Source of the DNA: Candidatus Rokuibacteriota bacterium
Lineage (GTDB): Bacteria > Methylomirabilota > Methylomirabilia > Rokubacteriales > CSP1-6
DNA length: 64,000 nucleotides
Direction of reading: 5' to 3'
NCBI GenBank assembly: GCA_005887895.1
Contig: VBPC01000157.1
Span: 69,075-133,074 of the forward strand
Under the pieces are notes generated by a model. The model did no database searches. It was not told the DNA's origin and saw nothing but the letters and a program-made list of their open reading frames with translations. Each line of letters starts with the position of its first letter. Within the stretch, counting starts at the first letter, position 1. Shown piece after piece: positions 16,630 through 27,502 of this stretch. A program made the translations under genes and the position numbers.

Positions 16630-17003
16630 CGCCGCCCAAGAAGAAGATCCTGATCGTCGATGACGCGGGGCCGGTGGTCGTGCTCTGCGTCAACGTGCTG
16701 CAGGCGCTCGGCTACGCCGTCAAGGGCGCCAACCGGGGCGAGGCCGCCGTCGAGCTCATGCGCAAGGAGCCGTTCGATCTCATGGTGCTCGACTACAAGA
16801 TGCCGGGGATGACCGGCTTCGAAGTCTTCGCGCAGGCACGCCTGCTGCACCCGAACATGGCGGTCGTCCTCGTCACTGGCCACGGCACGCCCGAGATCAT
16901 CAACGAAGCGAATCGCCTGGGCCTCCATGCGATTCTCCTCAAGCCATTCACATCCGACGAGCTGCGCGGGACCGTCGAAAAAGTCCTGGCGGATCGAGGC
17001 TGA
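16626..17003 (+). CDS. single-domain response regulator (REC)
   Basis: Sequence KKKILIVDDAG..DLMVLDYKMPGMTG..LLKPF. The only plausible start is the TTG at 16626, which overlaps the upstream stop (TTGA). The 232-aa track ORF upstream of it overlaps the HD-GYP gene out of frame. Confidence 0.7.
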   Translation: MTPPKKKILIVDDAGPVVVLCVNVLQALGYAVKGANRGEAAVELMRKEPFDLMVLDYKMPGMTGFEVFAQARLLHPNMAVVLVTGHGTPEIINEANRLGLHAILLKPFTSDELRGTVEKVLADRG

Positions 17004-17015
17004 GGCGCGGCCGCG

Positions 17016-17816
17016 ATGGAGCCCCGGCCCGGCGCTCAGGCTCGCGGTCCGGCCACGGCGGAGGTCGTGATGAGCTCCCTGCACGGCGGGCTCCAGTGGG
17101 GTGTCGACCGGATGCTGTCGGTCGGCTACGGTCTGCTCTACGACTACATCTTCGAGAAGTTCGGTCCCTACCAGAAGCTGCAGGCCGAAGTCCTGGCCCT
17201 CGTCGAGGCCTCGGCCAAGCAGGCTCCGGACCGTCGTGCGGTCCAGGTCCTCGACGTCGACTGCGGTCCCGGCAACCTCACGTTCGTGATCGCCGAGGCC
17301 GGCTTCTCGGTCGTCGGGCTCGAGCCCTACGGCGCCCTGGTGGAGCTGGCACGCGAGAAGCGCCGCGCGAAACGTCTCGCCAACCTGTCCTTCACGCAGG
17401 GCGAGCTCGCCAGCACCAAGGCCTTCCGCGACGCGTCCTTCGACCAGGTCGTCAACGTCCATTCGCTCTACGCGCACGCCGATCCCCAGGCGCTGCTGGC
17501 CCAGGCCCATCGCATCCTCCGGCCTGGCGGCCACGCGATCTTCGTGAACCACACGCGCCGGGCTGACGTCACGGCCACGTTCCGCGAGCTGCGCGCGCGC
17601 GAAGGTCTGGGGCCGGCGATGCGCTGCCTGCTGCTCTGGCTGCTGCCGCACGCTCTCTTCGAGGCGTCGCGGCGACGGATCGGGCCCCATTACTGGACGG
17701 AGGAGCAGTTCGGGGCCAATCTGCGCGCCGCCGGTTTCACCGTCCTCGAGTTCCGGCGGACCTTCCTCAACGACGCCAGCGTGCTCGTGTGGGCGCGGAA
17801 GGATCGCGCGGAGTAG
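17016..17816 (+). CDS. class I SAM-dependent methyltransferase (paralog 1)
   Basis: SAM motif I VLDVDCGPGNLT, plus post-I and motif II elements (VVGLEP, ILRPGGHAIFV). An alternative ATG lies at 17070. Confidence 0.8.
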   Translation: MEPRPGAQARGPATAEVVMSSLHGGLQWGVDRMLSVGYGLLYDYIFEKFGPYQKLQAEVLALVEASAKQAPDRRAVQVLDVDCGPGNLTFVIAEAGFSVVGLEPYGALVELAREKRRAKRLANLSFTQGELASTKAFRDASFDQVVNVHSLYAHADPQALLAQAHRILRPGGHAIFVNHTRRADVTATFRELRAREGLGPAMRCLLLWLLPHALFEASRRRIGPHYWTEEQFGANLRAAGFTVLEFRRTFLNDASVLVWARKDRAE

Positions 17817-17819
17817 GCG

Positions 17820-18584
17820 ATGGAACTGGCTGACGCCATGGGAGAGCGTGTGTCGACGCAGCCGGCGGTTGAGCGGCTGATCGCGGTCGGCTATGGCCTG
17901 ACCTACGACGCCATCGTGCGAGGCTTCGCGCCCTACCAGGCACTCCTCGACGAGATCGCCGCGCTCGTCGCCAGCGGCGGCGCGCCCGGCCCGCCGGTCG
18001 CGACGCGGGTCCTGGACGTGTCGTGCGGCATCGGCACCGTCGCCGAGCGCCTGGCCCGGCGCGGCTGGAGCGTCGTCGGCCTCGACTCGGTCGGGCATCT
18101 CGTGAGCGTGGCGCGGCGCACGCATCGAGACAGCGGCCTCTCGCTGAGCTTCCAGCACGTCGACGTCGCCCGCGATCCGCTGCCCGAGGCGGGCACGTAC
18201 GACGTCGTCGTCAGCATGCACACGCTGTACTGGCATCCGGATCCGGCGGGGTTCCTGACGGCCTGTCGGCGGGCGCTGAAGCCCGGCGGCCACGCCGTCT
18301 TCCTCACCTACGACCGGCCGGCGCGCGTGCTGCGCACGTTCGCCGAGGTGCGGGCGCGGCGGGGGACGTGGGAAGCCTGCCGCGCGCTGCGCTGGCTGCT
18401 GCCAACGGCGGCGTTCGAGCTCTTTCGCGGCGGGCGGCCCCGCTATCTCAGCTGCACGGAGTTCACCGGCGCGCTGAAGGCGGCGGGCTTCGAGGTGCTC
18501 GAAACGCGCCGGACCTTCCTGGCCGGTATCAGCCTGCTCGCCTGGACGCGCGCGACCGAGCCTGCGCGGCTGCCGGGCGCCTGA
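17820..18584 (+). CDS. class I SAM-dependent methyltransferase (paralog 2)
   Basis: Contains VLDVSCGIGTVA, VVGLDS and ALKPGGHAVFL. It is colinear with paralog 1 along its whole length (VGYGL.YD, WLLP.A.FE, AAGF.VLE.RRTFL). A GGAG RBS is present. Confidence 0.8.
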   Translation: MELADAMGERVSTQPAVERLIAVGYGLTYDAIVRGFAPYQALLDEIAALVASGGAPGPPVATRVLDVSCGIGTVAERLARRGWSVVGLDSVGHLVSVARRTHRDSGLSLSFQHVDVARDPLPEAGTYDVVVSMHTLYWHPDPAGFLTACRRALKPGGHAVFLTYDRPARVLRTFAEVRARRGTWEACRALRWLLPTAAFELFRGGRPRYLSCTEFTGALKAAGFEVLETRRTFLAGISLLAWTRATEPARLPGA

Positions 18585-18686
18585 TCAATCTCTCGCCACC
18601 CGGTGCCAGGGCGCCCGTCTGGCCCGGTGATAAATCGACCGGATTCCGAGGTAATCCCAGGGGGCCTTGTGTCAGATTAGATTACA

Positions 18687-18699
18687 TATCAATGGGTTA
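18687..18699 (+). promoter_or_regulatory. IHF-like site between putative UAS and P2
   Basis: TATCAATGGGTTA matches WATCAANNNNTTR exactly and is preceded by an AT-rich tract (cagattagattaca). It ends 18 nt upstream of the -24 element. Confidence 0.45.
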
Positions 18700-18716
18700 T
18701 GTCGCGACTCCGAGTT

Positions 18717-18732
18717 TGGTACTGCCGTTGCT
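18717..18732 (+). promoter_or_regulatory. candidate sigma-54 promoter P2
   Basis: TGGTACTGCCGTTGCT, with correct spacing, lies 110 nt upstream of the ATG at 18842. It shares the TTTGGTAC-N5-TTGCT core with P1. Confidence 0.6.
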
Positions 18733-18841
18733 GTACAAGGTGCGACGAAGTTCGAGATCGGCCTCTAGCAGGGGTCGGAAGATGCCCGCAATCGCGGGAG
18801 CGCGGTAGTCGTGAGGGGCGAAACACGGAGCGAGGAGAGCG

Positions 18842-19642
18842 ATGGAGACCAAGGCGATGAGGAACTCGTGGGTGGTGCTGCTGGGAGCGGCGCTGCTGTT
18901 CGGCGCGGCCGAGGCGGCGGCGCAGGGCTCGCCGGCGCCGGGCGCCAATCAGGCGTTCCTCTACGAGCTCGACGAGGACGCGGTGCTGCTCAACGCCGCC
19001 GGGCACGTCCTCATGCCGGACCCGACCGGCACCAGCCCGACCGGCCTGGTCGACGCCACGAGCGGCGCCGCCGGCGTCCCGGCCATCCGCCACGCCATCT
19101 CCCAGCTGCAGGGCGTGGCGATGCTCGGCTCGCTCCTGTGTCCCTATCCCCAGGAAGTGACGGTCGGCACGAAGGACTGCACGGTCATCGCGACCGGGAC
19201 TGACGACGTCAAGCTCGTCATCGACAAGTACGGCAACGTCATTCCGACGAGCGGCGCGGTCTCCGGCACCTACGCCGTCGTGGTGCAGCTCGACAACTCG
19301 GCCGACAGCCCGGAGCTCCCGGTGCAGACGGGCACGTTCAGCGGCGTCATCAATTTCCAGCCGCCGCTGCCGCTGGGTTTCGTCAGCGGCGGGACGTTCA
19401 CCATCGACGGGATGCCGGGTGCGACGTTTCCGTTCAACGCGGTGTTCCGCCAGCCGTTCCGGAACAACGAGAAGGCCGGCGTCGTGACGCAGCGCGGCCG
19501 GAACGTGACGGACTCCAAGACGGACAGCAAGGCTCGCTTCGACGCGGCGTACTACCTGCTGGACAATGGGGAGCTCCAGGAGGTACGGCCGGATGAGCGC
19601 GCCGTCGGCTGGCCGACGGTGCGGTTCGAGATCACCTTCTAG
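18842..19642 (+). CDS. secreted hypothetical protein
   Basis: GAGGAG RBS and a signal peptide (MRNSWVVLLGAALLFGAAEAAAQG). I recognised no family. It is the first gene downstream of a sigma-54 promoter. Confidence 0.6.
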   Translation: METKAMRNSWVVLLGAALLFGAAEAAAQGSPAPGANQAFLYELDEDAVLLNAAGHVLMPDPTGTSPTGLVDATSGAAGVPAIRHAISQLQGVAMLGSLLCPYPQEVTVGTKDCTVIATGTDDVKLVIDKYGNVIPTSGAVSGTYAVVVQLDNSADSPELPVQTGTFSGVINFQPPLPLGFVSGGTFTIDGMPGATFPFNAVFRQPFRNNEKAGVVTQRGRNVTDSKTDSKARFDAAYYLLDNGELQEVRPDERAVGWPTVRFEITF

Positions 19643-19655
19643 GGAGTCATCGGCG

Positions 19656-20003
19656 ATGGCCACGACCGCGATCGACGCGCGGGACGGGGCGGCGGCGGGC
19701 CAGGCCCTCCCGGGTCTGGCCCGCCTGCGCCTGTCCGGTCCGCTCACAGCCGGGACGGCGCCGCAGCTTCGCGCGCGGGTGCGGGACGCCATCCGGCGCG
19801 GCTCGGCGCGGGTCGTGGTCGATCTGCAGGCCGTCACCGGGCTCGATGCCGCCGGCATCGCCGTCCTGCTCGAGGCGCGTCGCGTGCTCGAGACGCAGGC
19901 CGGAGGCACACTCGTCCTGCGGACCAACGGAGTGGTGTGCCGGGCGCTCAGGGTTACCGGGACGATCGCCGCCTTCGCGCTCTGGAACGGTCCCGGAATG
20001 TGA
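19656..20003 (+). CDS. STAS-domain protein (anti-sigma-factor antagonist-like)
   Basis: SpoIIAA-like pattern: VVVDLQAVTGLDAAGIAVLLEARR...LVL. The usual phospho-Ser position reads Ala (GLDAAG). An AGGGAG RBS is present. Confidence 0.7.
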   Translation: MATTAIDARDGAAAGQALPGLARLRLSGPLTAGTAPQLRARVRDAIRRGSARVVVDLQAVTGLDAAGIAVLLEARRVLETQAGGTLVLRTNGVVCRALRVTGTIAAFALWNGPGM

Positions 20004-20666
20004 TCGGGGTGGAGCCGCAAGGGGCCAACGCCCCATCGGACTCTCGCAGCCGTCCTGCCGAACAGGGCGTGGTCATCTCCCGAGGGACGCGCGTCTACCT
20101 GCGCACCATGACCCCCGAGGACCTGCCGCACCTGTCGGCCTGGGTCGACGATCCCTTCCTGCAGCGCATGGTCGGCAGCGAGTTCCTGCAGGCCTATCGG
20201 CACGTCTGGGACAAGTCGCCGGCCTTCTTCGAGGCGGTCCTGAGCGATCCGACCCAGGTCGTGCTGATCATCGAGGCCTATCGGGGGTGGACCACACCGG
20301 TGGGGGTGGTACGCCTCTTCAACATCCACCTGCTGGAGGGATACGCGTTCCTGGAGACGATCGTCGCCGACGTCCGTGCAATGAAGCGGGGTTTCGGCAT
20401 CGAAGCGGGTAAACTCGTCTCCTATTATGGTGTCGACGTCCTGGGGCTACGGCGCATCGAGGCGAAGGTCTACGAGTACAACGTGCTGAGCATGAACTCG
20501 CTGCGACGCAACGGCTTCCGACAGGAGGGCGTGCTCCGGCAGGCGGGCTTCGACGGTGAACGGTACTGGGACCTCGTGATCTTCGGCATCCTCAAGGACG
20601 AGATCGAGGCCGTGCGCCGGCGGGACAAGGTCTATCTTCCTCTCGACCCGTCCGAGGGGAACGGGC

Positions 20667-20680
<14 letters not shown>
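20000..20680 (+). CDS. GNAT family N-acetyltransferase (RimJ/RimL-like)
   Basis: The GTG start overlaps the STAS stop (GTGA). Contains GFGIEAGKLVSYYGVDVLGLRRIEAKVYEYNVLSMNSLRRNGFRQEGVLR. Confidence 0.75.
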
Positions 20681-22811
<2,131 letters not shown>

Positions 22812-22821
22812 AGGACGACGC

Positions 22822-25488
22822 ATGCCGATCAGCCGTCGCGACGCCAAGAAGGCCAAGATCCTCTACATCGAGGACAACCGCGAGAACCGCATGCTGGTCC
22901 GCGCCATCCTCGAGGCGGAGGGGTACTCGATCGTCGACGCCGAGGACGGACTGGCCGGGATCGAGGCCGCCATCCGCGAGGAGCCGTCGCTGATCCTGCT
23001 GGACGTGAACCTGCCGGCCATCGACGGCTACGAGGTGGTGGCCGTGATCAAGTCGTTCCCGGCCTTCGCCAACACCCCGGTCATCGCCCTCACCGCCTAC
23101 GCGATGGAGGGCGATCGCCAGCGCACCCTGGTGGCCGGCTGCGACGGCTACATCCAGAAGCCCATCGACGTCGACGCGTTCCCCAAGCAGGTGGAGGAGT
23201 TCCTGCACGGCAAGCGCGAGCACGTCGAGGAGCGCGAGGCCGGCATCTATCTCCGCGAGCTGAACCAGCGGCTCGTGTACCGGCTGGTGAACCAGGTCGA
23301 GGAGCTCAAGCGGCTCAACCAGCACTTCGTCCGGCGCGCGACCCAGCTCGCCGATCTGCACCGGGCCGTGCAGGACATCACCTCCGAGGTCGGCGTCACC
23401 CCGATGCTGGAGCAGCTGCTGCCGGCGCTGGCCCGGGCGCTCGGCACCCGCTCGCTCGCCGTCGACCTGCCCGAGTTCGAGGTCAAGGTCGCCGTCAGCG
23501 GGGAGCTGGTCGACCGGCCGCGCAGCGTGCTGGCCGGCGCCGGCGTGGCGGCCGCCGACGACTGGACCGAGGTGGACTGGACGCTGCCGCTGACCGTGCG
23601 CGGCCGTTCGCTCGGCGCGATGACGGCGCGCCACGTGCTGCCGCCCGGCGCCAAGGCCGACGAGGAACAGCTGCTGAACATCGTCGCCAACCAGGTCGCG
23701 ATCGCGGTGGAGAACGCCCGCCTCTACGACGGTGTCGTGCGACGGGCCGCCGAGCAACAGAGCCTCGTGGAGGCGGGCCACCTGCTGGCCTCGACGCTGC
23801 GCCTCACGGCCGTGCTGCAGCGCTTCACCGAGCTCGTGCGCAGCCGCATCAGCCTCGACGTCGTTCGCATCTGGCTGCAGGAAGCGCCCGGCGAGTACCG
23901 GCTGCACGCCCAGGCCGGACTCGCCGAGCAGCCCGACGACGGGCGCCGTCGCTTCGAGCCCGGCGAAGGCATCGTCGGCTGGGTCATGGAGCACCTGGCG
24001 CCGATCGTCATCCCGGACCTCCAGGTGGACCCGCGTCTCAAGGAGCGCGACTGGGCGCGGGCCGAGGGCCTGATGTCACTGGTCGGCGTGCCGCTGCTGC
24101 TGGAGGACACGCCGGTCGGCGTGCTGGTCGGCGTGTCGCGCCAGCGGCGCGAGTTCGGCGCCGAGGAGGTCGCGCTCGTGCAGGCACTGGCCACGTCGGC
24201 CGCCGTCGCCATCCGCAACGCGCGCCTCTACGAGGAAACCCAGGTGCGGTTGCGGCACACCGAGACGCTCGTCTCGGTGAGCCAGGCCATCGGCGGGACG
24301 CTGGAGCTGTCCGAGGTCCTGCGTCGCGCGACCCGCGAGATGGTCCGCGCGCTCGGCGGCGACATGGGCGTGGCCTGGCTGCTCGCCCCCGACCGCACCC
24401 ACTTCGTGCCGCTGGTCGGCTATCACATCCCCAAGGACGTCCTGGGAACTCCGCTGGCCGCCCGGCTGAAGATCGATGCCGCGGTGATCACCGAGCTGCG
24501 CAAGGTCAAGGGGGCGATCGCGTCGTCGGACAGCCAGGCCGAGGCGTGGAGCGGCATGCCGGCCGCCCAGACCGTTCCCCACCGGTCGATGCTGATCCAG
24601 CCGATCCACTGGAAGGACGAGCTGATCGGCGGCTTCTCGGTCCTGTGGCTGAAGGACGTGCACCGCTTCACCCCCGACGAACTGCGGCTGGCCGAGGGCA
24701 TCGCGCTGCAGAGCGCGCTGGCCATCGAGAACTCCCGGCTCTACGAGGGCGTCAAGCAGCAGATGGTCGAGCTGAAGCAGACGCAGGCCCAGCTCGTGCA
24801 GTCGACCAAGCTGGCCGCCATCGGCGAGCTGGCCGCGAACATCGCGCACGAGATCAACAATCCGCTGACGACCGTCCTCGGCTTCGCCTCGTTCATCGCC
24901 GAGCGGCTGTCGGCCGAGGATCCGATGCGAGAAGAGCTCGGGCTCATCCAGGAGGAGGCCTCGCGGGCGCGCGACATCGTACGCGACCTGTTGCAGTTCA
25001 GCCGCCAGCGCGACTTCCGGCCGGAGCCGACCGACGTCAATACCGTGCTCGAGCAGGTGGTGGCCATGGTCCGCCGTCAGGGGGCGCTCAACACGCTCAC
25101 CGTCAGCGAGGCGTACGCTCCGGACCTGCCGATGGTGGAGATGGACGTGCCGCGCATCAAGCAGGTCTTCCTCAACATCATCAACAACGCCGTGTTCGCG
25201 ATGAAAGCGGGCGGCACCCTGACGATCCGTACGGCCGCCGCCGGCGACAGCGTGCGCATCGCCTTCGCGGACACCGGTCCGGGCATCCCGGCGGACATCC
25301 TCGGACGCATCTTCGATCCGTTCTTCACGACGAAGCCCGAGGTCAGCGGGACCGGGCTCGGACTGTCGGTCAGCCTCGGAATCGTCCAGAGCCATGGCGG
25401 GACGATCGAGGTCGCCAGCGAGGTCGGGCGGGGGTCCACCTTCACCGTGACGTTGCCACTACACCTCGACGACGAGGATCGCGGGTAA
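22822..25488 (+). CDS. hybrid REC - multi-GAF - histidine kinase
   Basis: N-terminal REC (KILYIEDN..LILLDVNLPAIDG..IQKPI) followed by several GAF-like segments. H-box IAHEINNPLTTV and HATPase motifs (NNAVFAM, DTGPGI, GTGLGLSVS). Confidence 0.85.
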   Translation: MPISRRDAKKAKILYIEDNRENRMLVRAILEAEGYSIVDAEDGLAGIEAAIREEPSLILLDVNLPAIDGYEVVAVIKSFPAFANTPVIALTAYAMEGDRQRTLVAGCDGYIQKPIDVDAFPKQVEEFLHGKREHVEEREAGIYLRELNQRLVYRLVNQVEELKRLNQHFVRRATQLADLHRAVQDITSEVGVTPMLEQLLPALARALGTRSLAVDLPEFEVKVAVSGELVDRPRSVLAGAGVAAADDWTEVDWTLPLTVRGRSLGAMTARHVLPPGAKADEEQLLNIVANQVAIAVENARLYDGVVRRAAEQQSLVEAGHLLASTLRLTAVLQRFTELVRSRISLDVVRIWLQEAPGEYRLHAQAGLAEQPDDGRRRFEPGEGIVGWVMEHLAPIVIPDLQVDPRLKERDWARAEGLMSLVGVPLLLEDTPVGVLVGVSRQRREFGAEEVALVQALATSAAVAIRNARLYEETQVRLRHTETLVSVSQAIGGTLELSEVLRRATREMVRALGGDMGVAWLLAPDRTHFVPLVGYHIPKDVLGTPLAARLKIDAAVITELRKVKGAIASSDSQAEAWSGMPAAQTVPHRSMLIQPIHWKDELIGGFSVLWLKDVHRFTPDELRLAEGIALQSALAIENSRLYEGVKQQMVELKQTQAQLVQSTKLAAIGELAANIAHEINNPLTTVLGFASFIAERLSAEDPMREELGLIQEEASRARDIVRDLLQFSRQRDFRPEPTDVNTVLEQVVAMVRRQGALNTLTVSEAYAPDLPMVEMDVPRIKQVFLNIINNAVFAMKAGGTLTIRTAAAGDSVRIAFADTGPGIPADILGRIFDPFFTTKPEVSGTGLGLSVSLGIVQSHGGTIEVASEVGRGSTFTVTLPLHLDDEDRG

Positions 25489-25520
25489 CCGACTGAGCGA
25501 GTGAGTTAGAGGCCTCCCAT

Positions 25521-26504
25521 CTACACCATATCGGCGGCGACCCGGGCGGCGCCGAGCAGCGGCGCGCGCGGGTTGAGCGCGACATTGATCGGCAGCGATT
25601 CCAGCAGCGGCGCGAGCCGGCCCTTGTCACGGAACGCCGTCACGAACCCGCCGGCGGCCAGGCGCTCGATGATCCGCGGCGCGATGCCGCCGCCGACGAG
25701 CACGCCGCCGACCGCCAGCGCCTTGAGGGCGAGATTGCCGGCCTCGGCGCCGTACGCCGACACGAACATGTCCAGGGCCTTGTGGCAGAGCGGATCCGAC
25801 TGCGCGAGCGCCATCTCGGTGACGACCGCGGGCGGGTCGGTGGTGCGCATCCGCTCGGCGACCGCCGGCGACTCCTTGGCCCAGCCGGTGTCGCGCAGGA
25901 ACCGGTAGACGTTGAACAGACCCGGTCCCGACAGCACCCGCTCGAGCGAGACGCGGCCGAACTCCTTGCGCAAGTAGCGCAGCAGATCCTCTTCGAGGTC
26001 GCCGCGGGCGGCGAAGTCGCCGTGGCCGCCCTCGCTGGCGATGACGATGCGATGCTCCTCGTCACGGATGATGAGCGCCTCGCCGAGGCCGGTGCCGGCC
26101 GCAATCAGCACCTGGTTGCCCCGCCGGGGAACGCCGGTCTGCAGCGTGCGGAGGTCAGTCTCGGGCAGCGCCAGCACGCCGTGCGCCGCGACCTCCAGGT
26201 CGTTCAGCAGCTTCACGCGCGGCGAGGGAATCGCGTCGCGCAGCACCCGCTCGTCGATGACCCACGGCAGGTTCGTCGCCACGCAGCGGCCGTCGACCAC
26301 CGGCCCGGCCACGCCCAGACACACGGCGGCGATCGCGGGCGGGCGGCCGGCGGCGAGGAAGTGTTCGACGGCGCTCTCGAGCGAGGCGGACTCGCGGCTC
26401 GGCAGCGTGCCGTCACGCACCAGCCGGAGTCCGCCGTGCTCATCCTTGTCGAACAGGGCGAGGGCGGTCTTGGTGCCGCCCACGTCGCCGGCGAGAACGA
26501 TCAC
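25521..26504 (-). CDS. glk: glucokinase
   Basis: Contains IVLAGDVGGTKTALALF, NLPW, LLNDLEVAAHG and AGTGLGEA. The GTG start overlaps the aldolase stop (GTGA). Confidence 0.85.
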   Translation of the reverse strand: MIVLAGDVGGTKTALALFDKDEHGGLRLVRDGTLPSRESASLESAVEHFLAAGRPPAIAAVCLGVAGPVVDGRCVATNLPWVIDERVLRDAIPSPRVKLLNDLEVAAHGVLALPETDLRTLQTGVPRRGNQVLIAAGTGLGEALIIRDEEHRIVIASEGGHGDFAARGDLEEDLLRYLRKEFGRVSLERVLSGPGLFNVYRFLRDTGWAKESPAVAERMRTTDPPAVVTEMALAQSDPLCHKALDMFVSAYGAEAGNLALKALAVGGVLVGGGIAPRIIERLAAGGFVTAFRDKGRLAPLLESLPINVALNPRAPLLGAARVAADMV

Positions 26505-27430
26505 TTCTGGGTGCCGCTGTAGATGCCCATGATCGTGCCGAGGAACTTCAGCGCGTCGGGCTTCTTCCGCTGGAAGGAGTTGCGCCCGATGATCGAGCCG
26601 AAGCCGCCGCCATCGCGGATCGCCCGCACCTCGTCGTACACCTGCTCGTCACTGACGGTCGGCCCGCCCGAGAAGATCACGACCCGGCGGCCGTTGAACG
26701 TCGACTGCACGACGTGACGCACCCGCTCGGCCAGGGTGCCGACCGGGACGCCCTCGGTCTCGTAGACCTTCTTGGCCGGCGCCTGCTCGAGATGGGCCGA
26801 CGGCAGCTTGACCTTGACGATGTGGGCACCGAGCTGGGCGGCGATGTGGGCGGCGTAGGCGGTGACGTCGATGCCCGTCTCGCCTTCCTTGGAGAGCCCC
26901 GAGCCGCGCGGATAGGACCACACCACCACGACGAGTCCGCTCTGCTTGGCCTCCTCGGCCAGCTCGCGCAGCTTGGTGTACATGTCCAGGCGATGCGTCG
27001 AGCCGGGATAGATGGTGTAGCCGATGCCGACGCAGCCGAGGCGAAGGGCGTCCTTCACGGAGCCCGTGATCGCCTGGATCGGATCCTTTTCCTCGTAGAG
27101 CACGTCGTGGTTGTTGACCTTCAGGATGAGCGGGATCTGGCCGGCGAACTCGCGGGCCCCCGCCTCCAGGAATCCGAGCGGCGCCGCGTAGGCGCTGCAG
27201 CCCGATTCGAGCGCCAGCTGGAAGTGGTAGCGCGGGTCATAGCCCGCCGGATTGGGCGCGAAGCTGCGCGCTGGTCCGTGCTCGAAGCCCTGGTCGACCG
27301 GAAGGATGACCATCTTGCCGCTGCCGCCGAGCGTGCCGGCGTTCAGCATGCGGGACAGGTTGGTCAGCGTGCCGGGGCTGTCGCTGCCGTACCAGGTCAG
27401 GATTTCTCGAACACGGTCCGTCGTCGCCAA
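26501..27430 (-). CDS. class I fructose-bisphosphate aldolase family protein (DhnA/FbaB type)
   Basis: Contains ILPVDQGFEHGP, LILKVNNHD and AHIVKVKLP (Schiff-base Lys region). The TTG start is supported by a strong GAAGGAGGAG RBS. Confidence 0.75.
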   Translation of the reverse strand: MATTDRVREILTWYGSDSPGTLTNLSRMLNAGTLGGSGKMVILPVDQGFEHGPARSFAPNPAGYDPRYHFQLALESGCSAYAAPLGFLEAGAREFAGQIPLILKVNNHDVLYEEKDPIQAITGSVKDALRLGCVGIGYTIYPGSTHRLDMYTKLRELAEEAKQSGLVVVVWSYPRGSGLSKEGETGIDVTAYAAHIAAQLGAHIVKVKLPSAHLEQAPAKKVYETEGVPVGTLAERVRHVVQSTFNGRRVVIFSGGPTVSDEQVYDEVRAIRDGGGFGSIIGRNSFQRKKPDALKFLGTIMGIYSGTQK

Positions 27431-27502
27431 CTCGTCTCCTCCTTCGGCTTCGCCTGGGCTCAGCCGGCGACTGTCGATCGGCCTGGGGACCCAGCGTACA
27501 CG

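Noticed and set aside
16305-17003. A 232-aa ORF as a larger response regulator with an N-terminal extension.
   Set aside because: The first ~107 codons overlap the HD-GYP gene in another frame and translate to Arg/Pro-rich sequence. The REC domain begins right after the TTG at 16626.
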